Positions 20,911 to 31,418 of a stretch of DNA of 64,000 nt are shown one piece after another (position 1 is the stretch's first letter; every line of letters begins with the position of its first letter). The notes beneath the pieces are model-generated. The model made no database searches. It had not been told where the DNA came from and saw nothing but the letters and a program-made list of their open reading frames with translations. The stretch lies in the NCBI RefSeq assembly GCF_988242995.1, contig NZ_OZ547043.1; one strand, 5' to 3'. The position numbers and the translations under genes are program-made.

Positions 20911-21138
20911 TGAATAAATCCTTTAGTTATTTTATTTGCCTTTTCATCCCCATTTTGGGGAGTGAAAGCATCCTAAAGGAGAAGTTCAGTTAGCCGATAA
21001 ATATCATTTGTTACGCCTTAAGTAAAACCTTAATCAAATAATTCTTCTGAAATGATAATAAGTCTGGTGAATGTATTGAAGATAATACATACAAAATAAA
21101 AATTATACTTTTAATTTGCTATACGTTATTCTGCGCGG

Positions 21139-21248
21139 GTTATATGCCTTTATTGTCACAGATTTTATTTTCTGTTGGGCCATTGCGTTGCTACTGATTT
21201 TCCAACAAATAATGAGACAAGCCCGAACAGTCGTTCGGGCTTTTTTTT
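21139..21248 (+). ncRNA. micC: MicC small regulatory RNA
   Basis: Starts GTTATATGCCTTTATTGTCACAGATTTTATTTTCTGTTGGGCCATTGC and ends in a GCCCGAAC-AGTC-GTTCGGGC hairpin plus T8; matches the MicC sequence I recall and its known location between ompN and ydbK. Confidence 0.8.
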
Positions 21249-21276
21249 AGAATTGGATAATCCTTATCCAGTGCAT

Positions 21277-24200
21277 TTAATCGGTGTTGCTTTTTTCCGC
21301 TTTTCCGGCCATTTGTGCCAGGAAGTCATAGCGTTTTTGCAAATCAGCTGCAGCATCTTTCCATAACTGTTCTGCCACTTCTGGCTGCTGCGAATTCAGA
21401 CGACGGAAACGCTGCTCGTGAAGTAACGTTTCTTCCAGTGCTTCTGACGGCGGGCGTGAATCCAGTGCCAGCGGCAGTTTGCCTTCATCGGCTCGACGTG
21501 GATCGAAGCGATATAGCGGCCAGAAGCCGGTGGCAGTGAGTTGGCGCATCTGGTCGTGGCTGAGTGCCAGATCGTAACCATGCTCTTCACACGGGCTATA
21601 AGCAATGATCAGCGATGGCCCCGGATACGCTTCCGCTTCCTGAATCGCTTTCACCGTCTGGTTCAGCTGCGCGCCGAGAGAAATCTGCGCCACATAAACA
21701 TGACCGTACATCATCATACTGACGCCAAGATCTTTACGCGCTTTACGTTTGCCGTGCTCGCCAAACTTAGTCACCGCGCCAAGCGGCGTGGCTTTTGACG
21801 CCTGACCACCGGTATTGGAATAGCATTGCGTATCCAGCACCAGAATGTTGACGTTTTCCGTCAAACTCAATACATGATCCAGACCGCCAAAGCCGATATC
21901 GTAAGCCCAGCCGTCGCCACCAATCAGCCAGATTGATTTTTCCACCAGTGCATCTGCGTCACGTAGCAGTTCATGTGCTTCGGCAACATCGTTGAGTTGC
22001 TGGCGTAAAGCTGCGACCTGTTCTCGACGAACCTCTGGCGTGGCGTCTGATTTCAACGCAGTCAGTAATTCCGCCGGGATTTTATCGGCAAATTGATCCA
22101 GCAGACGCAGCACGCGGACACGGTGTTGATCGACCGTCAGGCGGAAACCAAGGCCAAATTCGGCATTATCTTCAAATAGAGAGTTCGCCCATGCCGGCCC
22201 GCGACCGTTGGTATCGGTGGTATACGGTGTAGAGGGCAGGTTACCGCCATAAATTGAAGAACAGCCGGTGGCGTTAGCGATCAACATCCGGTCGCCATAG
22301 AGCTGAGTCAGCAATTTAATATACGGCGTCTCGCCACAACCGGAGCAAGCACCGGAATATTCAAACAGCGGTGTAATCAGCTGCGATGTACGAATATCAA
22401 TACGCTCCAGTTTGCTACGGTCGATTTCTGGCAGGTTGAGGAAGAAATCGTAATTGATTTTCTCTTCTTCGACATGTTCCAGCCGCGACATCATATTGAT
22501 GGCTTTAATCTCTGGATTCTGACGGTCTTTCGCCGGGCAAACTTCGACGCACAGGTTACAACCGGTGCAATCTTCCGGAGCCACCTGCAAGACATATTTC
22601 TGCCCGCGCATATCACGCGATTTCACATCCAGCGAATGCAGGCTGGCAGGGGCGTTTTCCATCGCTTCAGGCGGCACCACTTTTGCGCGAATAGCTGAGT
22701 GTGGGCAAGCGGCGACGCAGTGGTTACATTGGGTACAGAGTTCCTCTTTCCAGATGGGGATCTCTTCGGCGATATTGCGTTTTTCCCAGCGCGTGGTGCC
22801 CATCGGCCAGGTGCCGTCTGGCGGCAGCGCCGAAACGGGGAGGGCATCACCAAGCCCGGCGAGCATCGCCGCGGTTACGGTTTTCACGAAATCAGGGGCG
22901 GCATCGGAAACCACTGGCGGTCGATTGGCGCTGTGCGGATTAACCGGCTGCAGCGGAACTTCTTCTACGGATTCACGTGCCAGCGCCAGAGCCTGCCAGT
23001 TGCGTTCCACCAGATCCTGACCTTTGCTACTGTAACTTTTGGCAATCGCACCCTGCAATTCTGCGAGGGCGCTATCGCCAGGCAGAATTTGCGTAAGATG
23101 GAAAAAAGCCATCTGCATGACGGTATTAATACGGGCCGCCAGGCCACATTCGCGGGCGATTTTCGCCGCGTTAATCACATAGAAGCGCGCTTTTTTCTGG
23201 TTTAACACGGCCTGAACTTCTTGCGGCAAGCGCGACCACACTTCATCTGCGCTGTACGGCGTGTTGAGCAGGAAAATGCCGCAAGGTTTTAAACGCTCAG
23301 CCATCTGATATTTATCGATAAACTGCAACTGGTGGCAGCCAACAAAATCAGCCTGGGAAATGAGATAAGCGGAACGAATCGGCTGTTCGCTCACGCGAAG
23401 GTGAGAAACCGTCAGGCCGCCCGCCTTTTTGGAGTCGTAAACAAAATAGCCCTGTGCGTACCACGGCGTGGAATTACCGATAATCTTGATATTGTTTTTG
23501 GTCGCGGAAACGCTGCCATCGCTACCAAGGCCATAAAACAAGGCTTCAAGTTTCGCCGAGTTTGGCAGGGTGTTTTCCGGCAACGGCAGTGACAGATTGG
23601 TCACATCATCGTAAATACCAACCGTAAAGCGCGCTTTCGGTTTAGCCGCGTTGAGCTCGGCAAATACCGCCAGTACACAGTCCGGGCCAAATTCTTTGGA
23701 TGAAAGACCATAGCGCCCACCAATGACACGGGGCAGGGTTTCGCGCTCGCCATTATTAAAGGCTTCTGCCAGTGCGGTCATCACATCCAGATAGAGCGGT
23801 TCAGCCTGGGCACCGGGTTCTTTGGTTCTGTCCAGTACCGCCACGCTGCGTACGGATCCCGGCAGAGCTTGTAGCAAGTGTTTGGCGGAGAAGGGACGGT
23901 ACAGGCGAACTTTCAGCACGCCGACTTTTTCGCCACGGGTTAGCAATTCATCAACCACTTCTTCACAGGTGCCAATGGCAGAGCCCATCAGGATAATCAC
24001 CCGTTCCGCTTGCGGATGCCCGTAATACTCAAACGGCTGATACTGACGACCTGTCGCGGCAGAGAAATCATTCATCGCCTGTTCAACATGGTCGTAAACT
24101 GCGTTGTACCACGGGTTGGTGGCTTCACGTGACTGGAAATAGGTGTCCGGGTTAGCCGAGGTACCACGAATCACCGGATGCTCCGGATTCAGCGCGCGGG

Positions 24201-24801
24201 CGCGGTGGGCATCAATTTCGGCCTGCGGTATCAGTTCAAGAATCGTGTCATCGGCCAGCGGGACAATTTTATTGATTTCGTGGGACGTGCGGAAACCATC
24301 AAAGAAATGAATAAATGGCACGCGACTCTTCAGCGTCGCGATGTGCGAAATAAGAGCAAAGTCTTGCGCTTCCTGGACGTTTGCCGCACACAACATCGCG
24401 CAACCCGTCTGGCGCACCGCCATAACGTCGGAATGATCGCCAAAAATAGAGAGTGCATGTGTGGCAACGGTACGTGCCGCTACATGCAGGACAAATGGCG
24501 TCAGTTCGCCTGCCAGTTTGTACAGCGTCGGGATCATCAGCAGCAAACCCTGCGATGACGTAAACGATGTTGAAAGGGCACCCGTCTGCAAAGCGCCATG
24601 CACGGTAGCGATAGCCCCCGCTTCCGACTGCATTTCAACCACGCGTGGTGTGTCTCCCCAAACGTTCTTCAAGCCGTTTCCGGCCCATGCATCAGCCTGT
24701 TCTGCCATCGTGGAACTGGGGGTAATAGGGTAGATGGCGATAACTTCACTGGTGCGAAACGCCACCGAAGCAACCGCGCCATTACCGTCAATAGTAATCA
24801 T
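21277..24801 (-). CDS. ydbK: Pyruvate:flavodoxin/ferredoxin oxidoreductase
   Basis: 1174 aa; 4Fe-4S cysteine motifs (CTQCNHCVAACP, CTGCNLCVEVCP); TPP-binding region. Confidence 0.9.
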   Translation of the reverse strand: MITIDGNGAVASVAFRTSEVIAIYPITPSSTMAEQADAWAGNGLKNVWGDTPRVVEMQSEAGAIATVHGALQTGALSTSFTSSQGLLLMIPTLYKLAGELTPFVLHVAARTVATHALSIFGDHSDVMAVRQTGCAMLCAANVQEAQDFALISHIATLKSRVPFIHFFDGFRTSHEINKIVPLADDTILELIPQAEIDAHRARALNPEHPVIRGTSANPDTYFQSREATNPWYNAVYDHVEQAMNDFSAATGRQYQPFEYYGHPQAERVIILMGSAIGTCEEVVDELLTRGEKVGVLKVRLYRPFSAKHLLQALPGSVRSVAVLDRTKEPGAQAEPLYLDVMTALAEAFNNGERETLPRVIGGRYGLSSKEFGPDCVLAVFAELNAAKPKARFTVGIYDDVTNLSLPLPENTLPNSAKLEALFYGLGSDGSVSATKNNIKIIGNSTPWYAQGYFVYDSKKAGGLTVSHLRVSEQPIRSAYLISQADFVGCHQLQFIDKYQMAERLKPCGIFLLNTPYSADEVWSRLPQEVQAVLNQKKARFYVINAAKIARECGLAARINTVMQMAFFHLTQILPGDSALAELQGAIAKSYSSKGQDLVERNWQALALARESVEEVPLQPVNPHSANRPPVVSDAAPDFVKTVTAAMLAGLGDALPVSALPPDGTWPMGTTRWEKRNIAEEIPIWKEELCTQCNHCVAACPHSAIRAKVVPPEAMENAPASLHSLDVKSRDMRGQKYVLQVAPEDCTGCNLCVEVCPAKDRQNPEIKAINMMSRLEHVEEEKINYDFFLNLPEIDRSKLERIDIRTSQLITPLFEYSGACSGCGETPYIKLLTQLYGDRMLIANATGCSSIYGGNLPSTPYTTDTNGRGPAWANSLFEDNAEFGLGFRLTVDQHRVRVLRLLDQFADKIPAELLTALKSDATPEVRREQVAALRQQLNDVAEAHELLRDADALVEKSIWLIGGDGWAYDIGFGGLDHVLSLTENVNILVLDTQCYSNTGGQASKATPLGAVTKFGEHGKRKARKDLGVSMMMYGHVYVAQISLGAQLNQTVKAIQEAEAYPGPSLIIAYSPCEEHGYDLALSHDQMRQLTATGFWPLYRFDPRRADEGKLPLALDSRPPSEALEETLLHEQRFRRLNSQQPEVAEQLWKDAAADLQKRYDFLAQMAGKAEKSNTD

Positions 24802-25074
24802 ATGACACCCTTACATTGCGCAAATGAGGGGCGCACGAAATTGCTGCGCGCCCAGTAGTAATCCTTCAATTTTAGCAAATGGCTTTCTTCTGCATTTTCG
24901 CTTTTGTGTCCCCCTCATCAGCGTAATGAATGTTTTGATCAAACAGAGGGCAAAAAAATAGCCATAAAAAAGTAAAAATGCGGGGCAACGCGCAGGACAG
25001 CTCTCGACGCCGCCCTCTGTGCTGCCTATTATTTATGGCGGTGTCGTTTGGCTTGAAGATCAGAGGAAGAAAAG

Positions 25075-25341
25075 ATGCGAGCAGCGTTTTGGGTAGGGTG
25101 TGCCGCTTTATTGTTGTCGGCGTGTAGTAGTGAACCTGTTCAGCAGGCGACTGCGGCGCACGTAGCGCCAGGTTTAAAAGCGTCGATGTCCAGTAGTGGA
25201 GAAGCAAATTGTGCAATGATCGGCGGTTCGCTTTCTGTTGCCCGTCAACTGGATGGTACGGCGATTGGGATGTGTGCATTACCCAACGGCAAACGCTGTA
25301 GCGAACAGTCACTTGCCGCCGGGAGCTGTGGCAGCTATTAA
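25075..25341 (+). CDS. ydbJ: Small lipoprotein YdbJ
   Basis: 88 aa with signal peptide and lipobox (LLLSACSS). Confidence 0.7.
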   Translation: MRAAFWVGCAALLLSACSSEPVQQATAAHVAPGLKASMSSSGEANCAMIGGSLSVARQLDGTAIGMCALPNGKRCSEQSLAAGSCGSY

Positions 25342-25760
25342 TTCATTAAATCCGCTAGCTTATAAGTTAATGTCTGTTTCGCGGTCGCCAGCGTTAACTG
25401 GTTCGCGGTCAGATCCACTTGTGCACCTTCTTTCAGCATTTCGCTAATGGTGTTATCGAGTTCATTAAGCTGCGGGTTAGCGCACATCATACGGGTCATT
25501 GCCAGCCCTTTGGCTGTCAGTTTACCATTAGACAGTTTGCCATCACCGCTAAAGCGGTTACACATGCTGCCGGAAATCATCATTTTTTCACCAAAGCTGA
25601 TTTCTGGCGGATTTTTATCGCTGGTCACGGGCTTACCGTTTACGCTTTCCAGCACAAAGCGATGATGCTGTAGCTGTTCTGGGGTTACAGCAATTTTGTC
25701 ATTACTTACACATCCCGCCATCAGCAGGCTTAGCGCAACAAACGCGGCTACTTTCTTCAT
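25338..25760 (-). CDS. hslJ: Heat-inducible lipoprotein HslJ
   Basis: 140 aa from MKKVAAFVALSLLMAGC, in frame with the track ORF 25338-25772. Confidence 0.8.
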   Translation of the reverse strand: MKKVAAFVALSLLMAGCVSNDKIAVTPEQLQHHRFVLESVNGKPVTSDKNPPEISFGEKMMISGSMCNRFSGDGKLSNGKLTAKGLAMTRMMCANPQLNELDNTISEMLKEGAQVDLTANQLTLATAKQTLTYKLADLMN

Positions 25761-25870
25761 TGTGGTTCTCAATTACAGTTTCTGACTCAGGACTATTTTA
25801 AGAATAGAGGATGAAAGGTCATTGGGGATTATCTGAATCAGCTCCCCTGGAATGCAGGGGAGCGGCAAGA

Positions 25871-26860
25871 TTAAACCAGTTCGTTCGGGCAGGTTTCGCC
25901 TTTTTCCAGATTGCTTAAGTTTTGCAGCGTAGTCTGAGAAATACTGGTCAGTGCTTCTGCTGTCAGGAATGCCTGGTGCCCGGTAAACAGCACGTTGTGG
26001 CAGGCAGACAGACGACGGAACACGTCATCCTGGATCACGTCGTTGGATTTGTCTTCAAAGAACAGATCGCGTTCGTTCTCATACACGTCCATACCCAACG
26101 AACCAATTTTCTGATTTTTCAGCGCTTCAATTGCCGCCTGAGAATCAATCAATGCACCGCGACTGGTATTGACGATCATCACGCCATTTTTCATCTGATC
26201 GAAGGCGGCTTCGTTCAACAGATGGTAGTTTTCCGGTGTCAGCGGGCAGTGCAGAGAGATAACGTCTGATTCAGAGAACAGGGTTGGCAGATCGACATAC
26301 TCCACACCGAGTTCCAGTGCCGCCGCACTTGGATACGGATCGAACGCCAGCAGACGCATACCAAAACCTTTCAGAATGCGCAGCATCGCCACACCGATTT
26401 TACCGGTACCGATAACGCCTGCCGTTTTGCCATACATAGTAAAGCCGGTCAGACCTTCCAGAGAGAAGTTGGCGTCACGAGTACGCTGATACGCTCGATG
26501 AATACGGCGGTTCAGCGTCATCATCATACCGATGGCGTGTTCAGCAACGGCTTCTGGATCATAGGCTGGAACACGGACTACTTTCAGCCCCAGTTCTTTT
26601 GCCGCGTCAAGGTCGACGTTATTGAAACCGGCACAGCGCAGGGCGATATATTTAACGCCGTGCTTTTTCAGCTCTTCCAGCACCGGGCGGCTGCCGTCAT
26701 CGTTTACGAAAATACATACCGCTTCGCAGCCATTGGCGGTTTTAGCGGTTTTTTCCGTCAGCAGAAAGTCAAAAAATTCCAGCTCAAAGCCAAAGGACTC
26801 GTTCACCTGTTGCAGGTACTTCTTGTCGTACTGTTTTGTGCTATAAACGGCGAGTTTCAT
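25871..26860 (-). CDS. ldhA: Fermentative D-lactate dehydrogenase (NAD-dependent 2-hydroxyacid dehydrogenase)
   Basis: 329 aa, MKLAVYSTKQYDKKYLQQVNESFGFELEFFDF..., GxGxxG fold motif. Confidence 0.95.
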   Translation of the reverse strand: MKLAVYSTKQYDKKYLQQVNESFGFELEFFDFLLTEKTAKTANGCEAVCIFVNDDGSRPVLEELKKHGVKYIALRCAGFNNVDLDAAKELGLKVVRVPAYDPEAVAEHAIGMMMTLNRRIHRAYQRTRDANFSLEGLTGFTMYGKTAGVIGTGKIGVAMLRILKGFGMRLLAFDPYPSAAALELGVEYVDLPTLFSESDVISLHCPLTPENYHLLNEAAFDQMKNGVMIVNTSRGALIDSQAAIEALKNQKIGSLGMDVYENERDLFFEDKSNDVIQDDVFRRLSACHNVLFTGHQAFLTAEALTSISQTTLQNLSNLEKGETCPNELV

Positions 26861-27067
26861 AAGACTTTCTCCAGTGATGTTGAATCACATTTAAGCTACT
26901 AAAAATATTTTACAAAATTTCAAATATAATTGAAAGCTATGGCGATATTGAAAAATTCATCAACAACTATGCTTAGTGTAGGCGCAACCTTCAACTGAAC
27001 GGTTAAACATGCCACAATACCCGTATTGAATGCTTAATTTTTCGCTAAATCAGGATATTAACTACCC

Positions 27068-29707
27068 ATGCTGGGTAAATATAAAGCCGTTCTCGCGCTG
27101 TTATTACTGATTATTCTTGTGCCGTTGACGCTGCTGATGACGCTCGGCTTGTGGGTTCCCACACTGGCGGGCATCTGGCTACCGCTCGGGACACGTATTG
27201 CATTAGATGAAAGCCCACGCATTACGCGTAAAGGTTTAATCATTCCCGATCTCCGTTATCTGGTGGGAGATTGTCAGCTTGCGCATATCACCAACGCCAG
27301 CCTTTCACATCCGAGCCGCTGGTTATTGAACGTCGGCACGGTAGAACTTGATTCTGCTTGTCTGGCGAAATTGCCGCAGACGGAGCAATCGCCTGCCGCT
27401 CCAAAAACCCTCGCGCAGTGGCAGGCCATGTTGCCTAACACCTGGATCAATATCGATAAACTAATTTTTTCTCCCTGGCAGGAATGGCAGGGAAAACTCT
27501 CTCTCGCATTAAACTCCGATATCCAGCAACTGCGTTATCAGGGCGAAAAAGTTAAATTTCAAGGCCAGCTGAAAGGGCAACAACTTACAGTCAGCGAACT
27601 GGATGTCGTCGCGTTTGAAAATCAGCCGCCGGTAAAACTGGTGGGGGAATTTACTATGCCGCTAGTGCCGGATGGACTTCCTGTAAGTGGTCATGCTACT
27701 GCGACGTTAAACTTGCCGCAGGAACCGTCACTGGTGGATGCCGAGCTGGACTGGTTGGAAAATAGCGGGCAATTGATTGTGCTGGCACGGGATAACGGCG
27801 ATCCGTTGCTCGATTTGCCGTGGCAAATTACTCGTCAACAATTGACCGTAAGCGATGGTCGCTGGAGTTGGCCGTATGCAGGTTTTCCTTTGAGTGGCCG
27901 ACTGGGTGTCAAAGTCGACAACTGGCAGGCAGGGCTCGAGAACGCTCTGGTCAGCGGACGACTGAGTGTGCTGACCCAGGGGCAAGCGGGTAAAGGCAAC
28001 GCGGTGCTTAATTTTGGCCCAGGAAAATTAAGCATGGATAACAACCAGCTGCCTATGCAACTGACCGGTGAAGCGAAACAGGCGGACCTCATTTTATATG
28101 CCCGTTTACCTGCGCAGCTAAGCGGAAGTCTGACTGACCCAACGCTGGCCTTTGAGCCTGGCGCGTTACTTCGTTCAAAGGGAAGAGTCATTGATTCGCT
28201 GGACATCGATGAAATCCGCTGGCCTTTAGCGGGTGTAAAAGTCACCCAACGTGGTATTGACGGACGTTTGCAGGCCATTTTGCAGGCGCATGAAAATGAA
28301 CTGGGCGATTTCGTGCTGCATATGGATGGACTGGCGAATGATTTTCTCCCTGACGCTGGCCGCTGGCAGTGGCGCTACTGGGGAAAAGGCAGTTTTACAC
28401 CGATGAATGCCACCTGGGATGTCGCAGGAAAGGGTGAGTGGCATGACAGCACGATTACGCTGACCGATCTCTCCACCGGTTTCGACCAGTTACAATACGG
28501 TACGATGACGGTAGAAAAGCCGCGATTAATTCTCGACAAGCCCGTCGTCTGGGTACGTGACGCACAGCATCCCTCCTTCAGTGGCGCGCTGTCACTGGAC
28601 GCCGGGCAAACGCTGTTCACTGGCGGCAGTGTGTTACCGCCATCAACCTTAAAATTTAGCGTCGATGGGCGCGATCCGACGTATTTCCTCTTTAAAGGCG
28701 ATTTACATGCTGGTGAGATTGGCCCGGTTCGGGTAAATGGTCGCTGGGACGGTATTCGTCTGCGCGGTAACGCCTGGTGGCCTAAACAATCACTGACTGT
28801 ATTCCAGCCGCTGGTGCCACCCGACTGGAAGATGAACTTACGCGATGGTGAACTGTATGCTCAGGTTGCATTTTCTGCTGCGCCTGAACAAGGATTCCGC
28901 GCGGGAGGGCACGGCGTGTTGAAAGGCGGTAGTGCCTGGATGCCAGATAATCAGGTTAACGGTGTCGATTTTGTCCTGCCTTTCCGTTTTGCCGATGGAG
29001 CCTGGCATCTGGGGACTCGCGGCCCCGTTACGTTGCGAATTGCCGAAGTGATTAATCTGGTGACAGCGAAAAATATTACGGCTGATTTGCAAGGGCGCTA
29101 TCCGTGGACTGAAGAAGAACCATTGCTGTTGACTGATGTTAGCGTCGATGTGTTAGGCGGTAACGTGCTGATGAAACAATTACGTATGCCGCAACATGAC
29201 CCGGCGCTGTTGCGGCTGAATAATCTCTCATCCAGCGAACTGGTTAGCGCCGTCAATCCGAAACAATTCGCCATGTCCGGGGCATTTAGTGGTGCATTGC
29301 CGTTATGGCTAAACAACGAAAAATGGATAGTGAAAGATGGTTGGCTGGCAAATAGCGGGCCAATGACCTTGCGGCTGGATAAAGACACCGCAGATGCGGT
29401 GGTGAAAGACAATATGACTGCGGGTTCAGCAATTAACTGGTTGCGCTATATGGAAATTAGCCGTTCATCGACAAATATTAATTTAGATAATCTCGGTTTA
29501 TTAACCATGCAGGCCAACATTACAGGTACCAGTCGCGTTGATGGTAAAAGCGGTACGGTAAACCTTAATTACCATCATGAAGAGAATATTTTTACGCTGT
29601 GGCGCAGTTTACGCTTTGGCGATAATCTCCAGGCATGGTTGGAGCAGAACGCACGTCTGCCGGGAAATGACTGTCCGCAAGGAAAAGAGTGTGAGGAAAA
29701 ACAATGA
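27068..29707 (+). CDS. ydbH: AsmA/TamB-like envelope protein YdbH
   Basis: 879 aa with an N-terminal membrane anchor; forms an operon with ynbE-ydbL as recalled for K-12. Confidence 0.85.
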   Translation: MLGKYKAVLALLLLIILVPLTLLMTLGLWVPTLAGIWLPLGTRIALDESPRITRKGLIIPDLRYLVGDCQLAHITNASLSHPSRWLLNVGTVELDSACLAKLPQTEQSPAAPKTLAQWQAMLPNTWINIDKLIFSPWQEWQGKLSLALNSDIQQLRYQGEKVKFQGQLKGQQLTVSELDVVAFENQPPVKLVGEFTMPLVPDGLPVSGHATATLNLPQEPSLVDAELDWLENSGQLIVLARDNGDPLLDLPWQITRQQLTVSDGRWSWPYAGFPLSGRLGVKVDNWQAGLENALVSGRLSVLTQGQAGKGNAVLNFGPGKLSMDNNQLPMQLTGEAKQADLILYARLPAQLSGSLTDPTLAFEPGALLRSKGRVIDSLDIDEIRWPLAGVKVTQRGIDGRLQAILQAHENELGDFVLHMDGLANDFLPDAGRWQWRYWGKGSFTPMNATWDVAGKGEWHDSTITLTDLSTGFDQLQYGTMTVEKPRLILDKPVVWVRDAQHPSFSGALSLDAGQTLFTGGSVLPPSTLKFSVDGRDPTYFLFKGDLHAGEIGPVRVNGRWDGIRLRGNAWWPKQSLTVFQPLVPPDWKMNLRDGELYAQVAFSAAPEQGFRAGGHGVLKGGSAWMPDNQVNGVDFVLPFRFADGAWHLGTRGPVTLRIAEVINLVTAKNITADLQGRYPWTEEEPLLLTDVSVDVLGGNVLMKQLRMPQHDPALLRLNNLSSSELVSAVNPKQFAMSGAFSGALPLWLNNEKWIVKDGWLANSGPMTLRLDKDTADAVVKDNMTAGSAINWLRYMEISRSSTNINLDNLGLLTMQANITGTSRVDGKSGTVNLNYHHEENIFTLWRSLRFGDNLQAWLEQNARLPGNDCPQGKECEEKQ

Positions 29708-29889
29708 AAATTTTACTGGCTGCGTTGACGTCATCTTTTATGCTGGTTGGCTGTACGCCTCGCATTGAAGTCGCTGCGCCTAAGGAACCGATCACTATCA
29801 ATATGAACGTTAAAATTGAGCATGAGATCATCATCAAGGCAGACAAAGATGTCGAAGAGCTGCTTGAGACTCGTAGCGATCTTTTCTGA
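29704..29889 (+). CDS. ynbE: Small lipoprotein YnbE
   Basis: 61 aa, MKILLAALTSSFMLVGC; start overlaps the ydbH stop. Confidence 0.8.
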   Translation: MKILLAALTSSFMLVGCTPRIEVAAPKEPITINMNVKIEHEIIIKADKDVEELLETRSDLF

Positions 29890-29896
29890 GGCGATG

Positions 29897-30223
29897 ATGA
29901 AGAAAACATTACTTCTTTGTGCGTTTCTTGTTGGGCTGGTAAGCAGCAATGTAATGGCATTGACTCTGGATGAAGCCAGAACTCAGGGGCGGGTAGGGGA
30001 AACATTTTATGGTTATCTGGTTGCGCTGAAAACAGATGCTGAAACAGAGAAATTAGTAAACGACATTAATGCCGAACGTAAAGCGAGTTACCAACAACTG
30101 GCAAAGCAGAATAATGTCTCGGTAGATGATATCGCGAAACTCGCCGGGCAAAAGCTCGTAGCTCGGGCTAAACCGGGGGAATATGTACAAGGGATAAACG
30201 GTAAATGGGTGCGAAAATTTTAA
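29897..30223 (+). CDS. ydbL: Periplasmic protein YdbL
   Basis: 108 aa from MKKTLLLCAFLVGLVSSNVMA, in frame with the track ORF 29816-30223. Confidence 0.75.
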   Translation: MKKTLLLCAFLVGLVSSNVMALTLDEARTQGRVGETFYGYLVALKTDAETEKLVNDINAERKASYQQLAKQNNVSVDDIAKLAGQKLVARAKPGEYVQGINGKWVRKF

Positions 30224-30357
30224 TAGCAAAACCGCAATATCGGGATAACGCTACAGGAGAAGGCGATTATTCTATTTTCCGGAAACAAGGTGAATATTCA
30301 AAAATTCCTGTCAAATTGCCTTTCGCCCTGAAAAATGCATAGTCAAATATCTGTTTT

Positions 30358-30396
30358 AACTAATTCGCGTTGCTGTACATGCAACGCGAATTAGTT
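30358..30396. terminator. Perfect 16-bp inverted repeat between convergent ydbL and feaR (candidate bidirectional terminator or protein-binding site)
   Basis: aactaattcgcgttgc-TGTACA-gcaacgcgaattagtt; there is no clear T-tract on either side. Confidence 0.4.
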
Positions 30397-31300
30397 AGCG
30401 GAATTTACGTCGATACTCGCCTGGCGTCATCCCAAAGCGTTGCTTAAATACCGTTGAAAAATGACTCTGGTCGGAAAATCCCCAATGAAAGCCAATGCCT
30501 GCCAGTTTTTCATCATCTGCGGCATGGCGAATCGCATCTGCACAAAAATCGAGACGACGGTTACGGATATATTGCGCGACTACCAAACCTTTATCGGCAA
30601 ACATTCGGTACAAACTACGTACTGACATACCTGTCTCTCCGGCTATCCACTCCGGGCGTAATATCTCTTCGCGAATATTATCGTCTATCAACGTAACCAC
30701 TTTTTGAAACTGACGTTCACGGCGAGGTTGGACAGATTCCCGCTGATGAAGTACTGGGCGAAGCAGACACACCATCGCCTGTAGCGCAGCTTCACTTTCT
30801 GTTTCAGAAAGTGCCGGATTATTCATGCTCTCCTGTAACAGGCGATGACTGAGTTGCACCATGGGTAAGTCAGCGTCCAGTCTTTCTGCGCAGACAGGTT
30901 TTTGATGGGGAAAATATTGTTCCAGCAGAGTGCGTGGCAAAAGTAATGAAATCTGTTTAGAAGACTCCTGCCAGTAAAGCGAACAGGGGCGTGAGGCATC
31001 GAGTAACGTAATATCGCCAGCGCCAATCTGCACCTGACGCTCATCCTGCTCCATTATTGCCTGACCACTAAGCTGAAAAACGGTGTAAAACCAGGCATCG
31101 TCGCTGCCTTTTATTTCCTGCCAGGTGCGGGATAAATTCACCCCGTTGGTTGTCACGGTACTCAGCTTTAGTCCTTTGGCAAAATGCGTATCCAGTACAC
31201 CCGTGTAACGCTCAGTCAGCAGGCGTCCGGTAAAATTTCCGCATACCTGATTGATTTGGGAAAGCCATTGCTGAAACTCATTATCCACTGCGGGGTTCAT
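30395..31300 (-). CDS. feaR: AraC-family transcriptional activator FeaR
   Basis: 301 aa with a C-terminal AraC helix-turn-helix; divergent from feaB. Confidence 0.9.
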   Translation of the reverse strand: MNPAVDNEFQQWLSQINQVCGNFTGRLLTERYTGVLDTHFAKGLKLSTVTTNGVNLSRTWQEIKGSDDAWFYTVFQLSGQAIMEQDERQVQIGAGDITLLDASRPCSLYWQESSKQISLLLPRTLLEQYFPHQKPVCAERLDADLPMVQLSHRLLQESMNNPALSETESEAALQAMVCLLRPVLHQRESVQPRRERQFQKVVTLIDDNIREEILRPEWIAGETGMSVRSLYRMFADKGLVVAQYIRNRRLDFCADAIRHAADDEKLAGIGFHWGFSDQSHFSTVFKQRFGMTPGEYRRKFR

Positions 31301-31418
31301 GGCACGTTTTCGCTCTGTGAAATGTATTTTTATTGTTGCATTTGTGTTGCAATAAACGAAGCTAATGAGCCTGACTATAGGAAATAAGTCTTGTCAGGCA
31401 TAGAGACATAAGCGGTTA

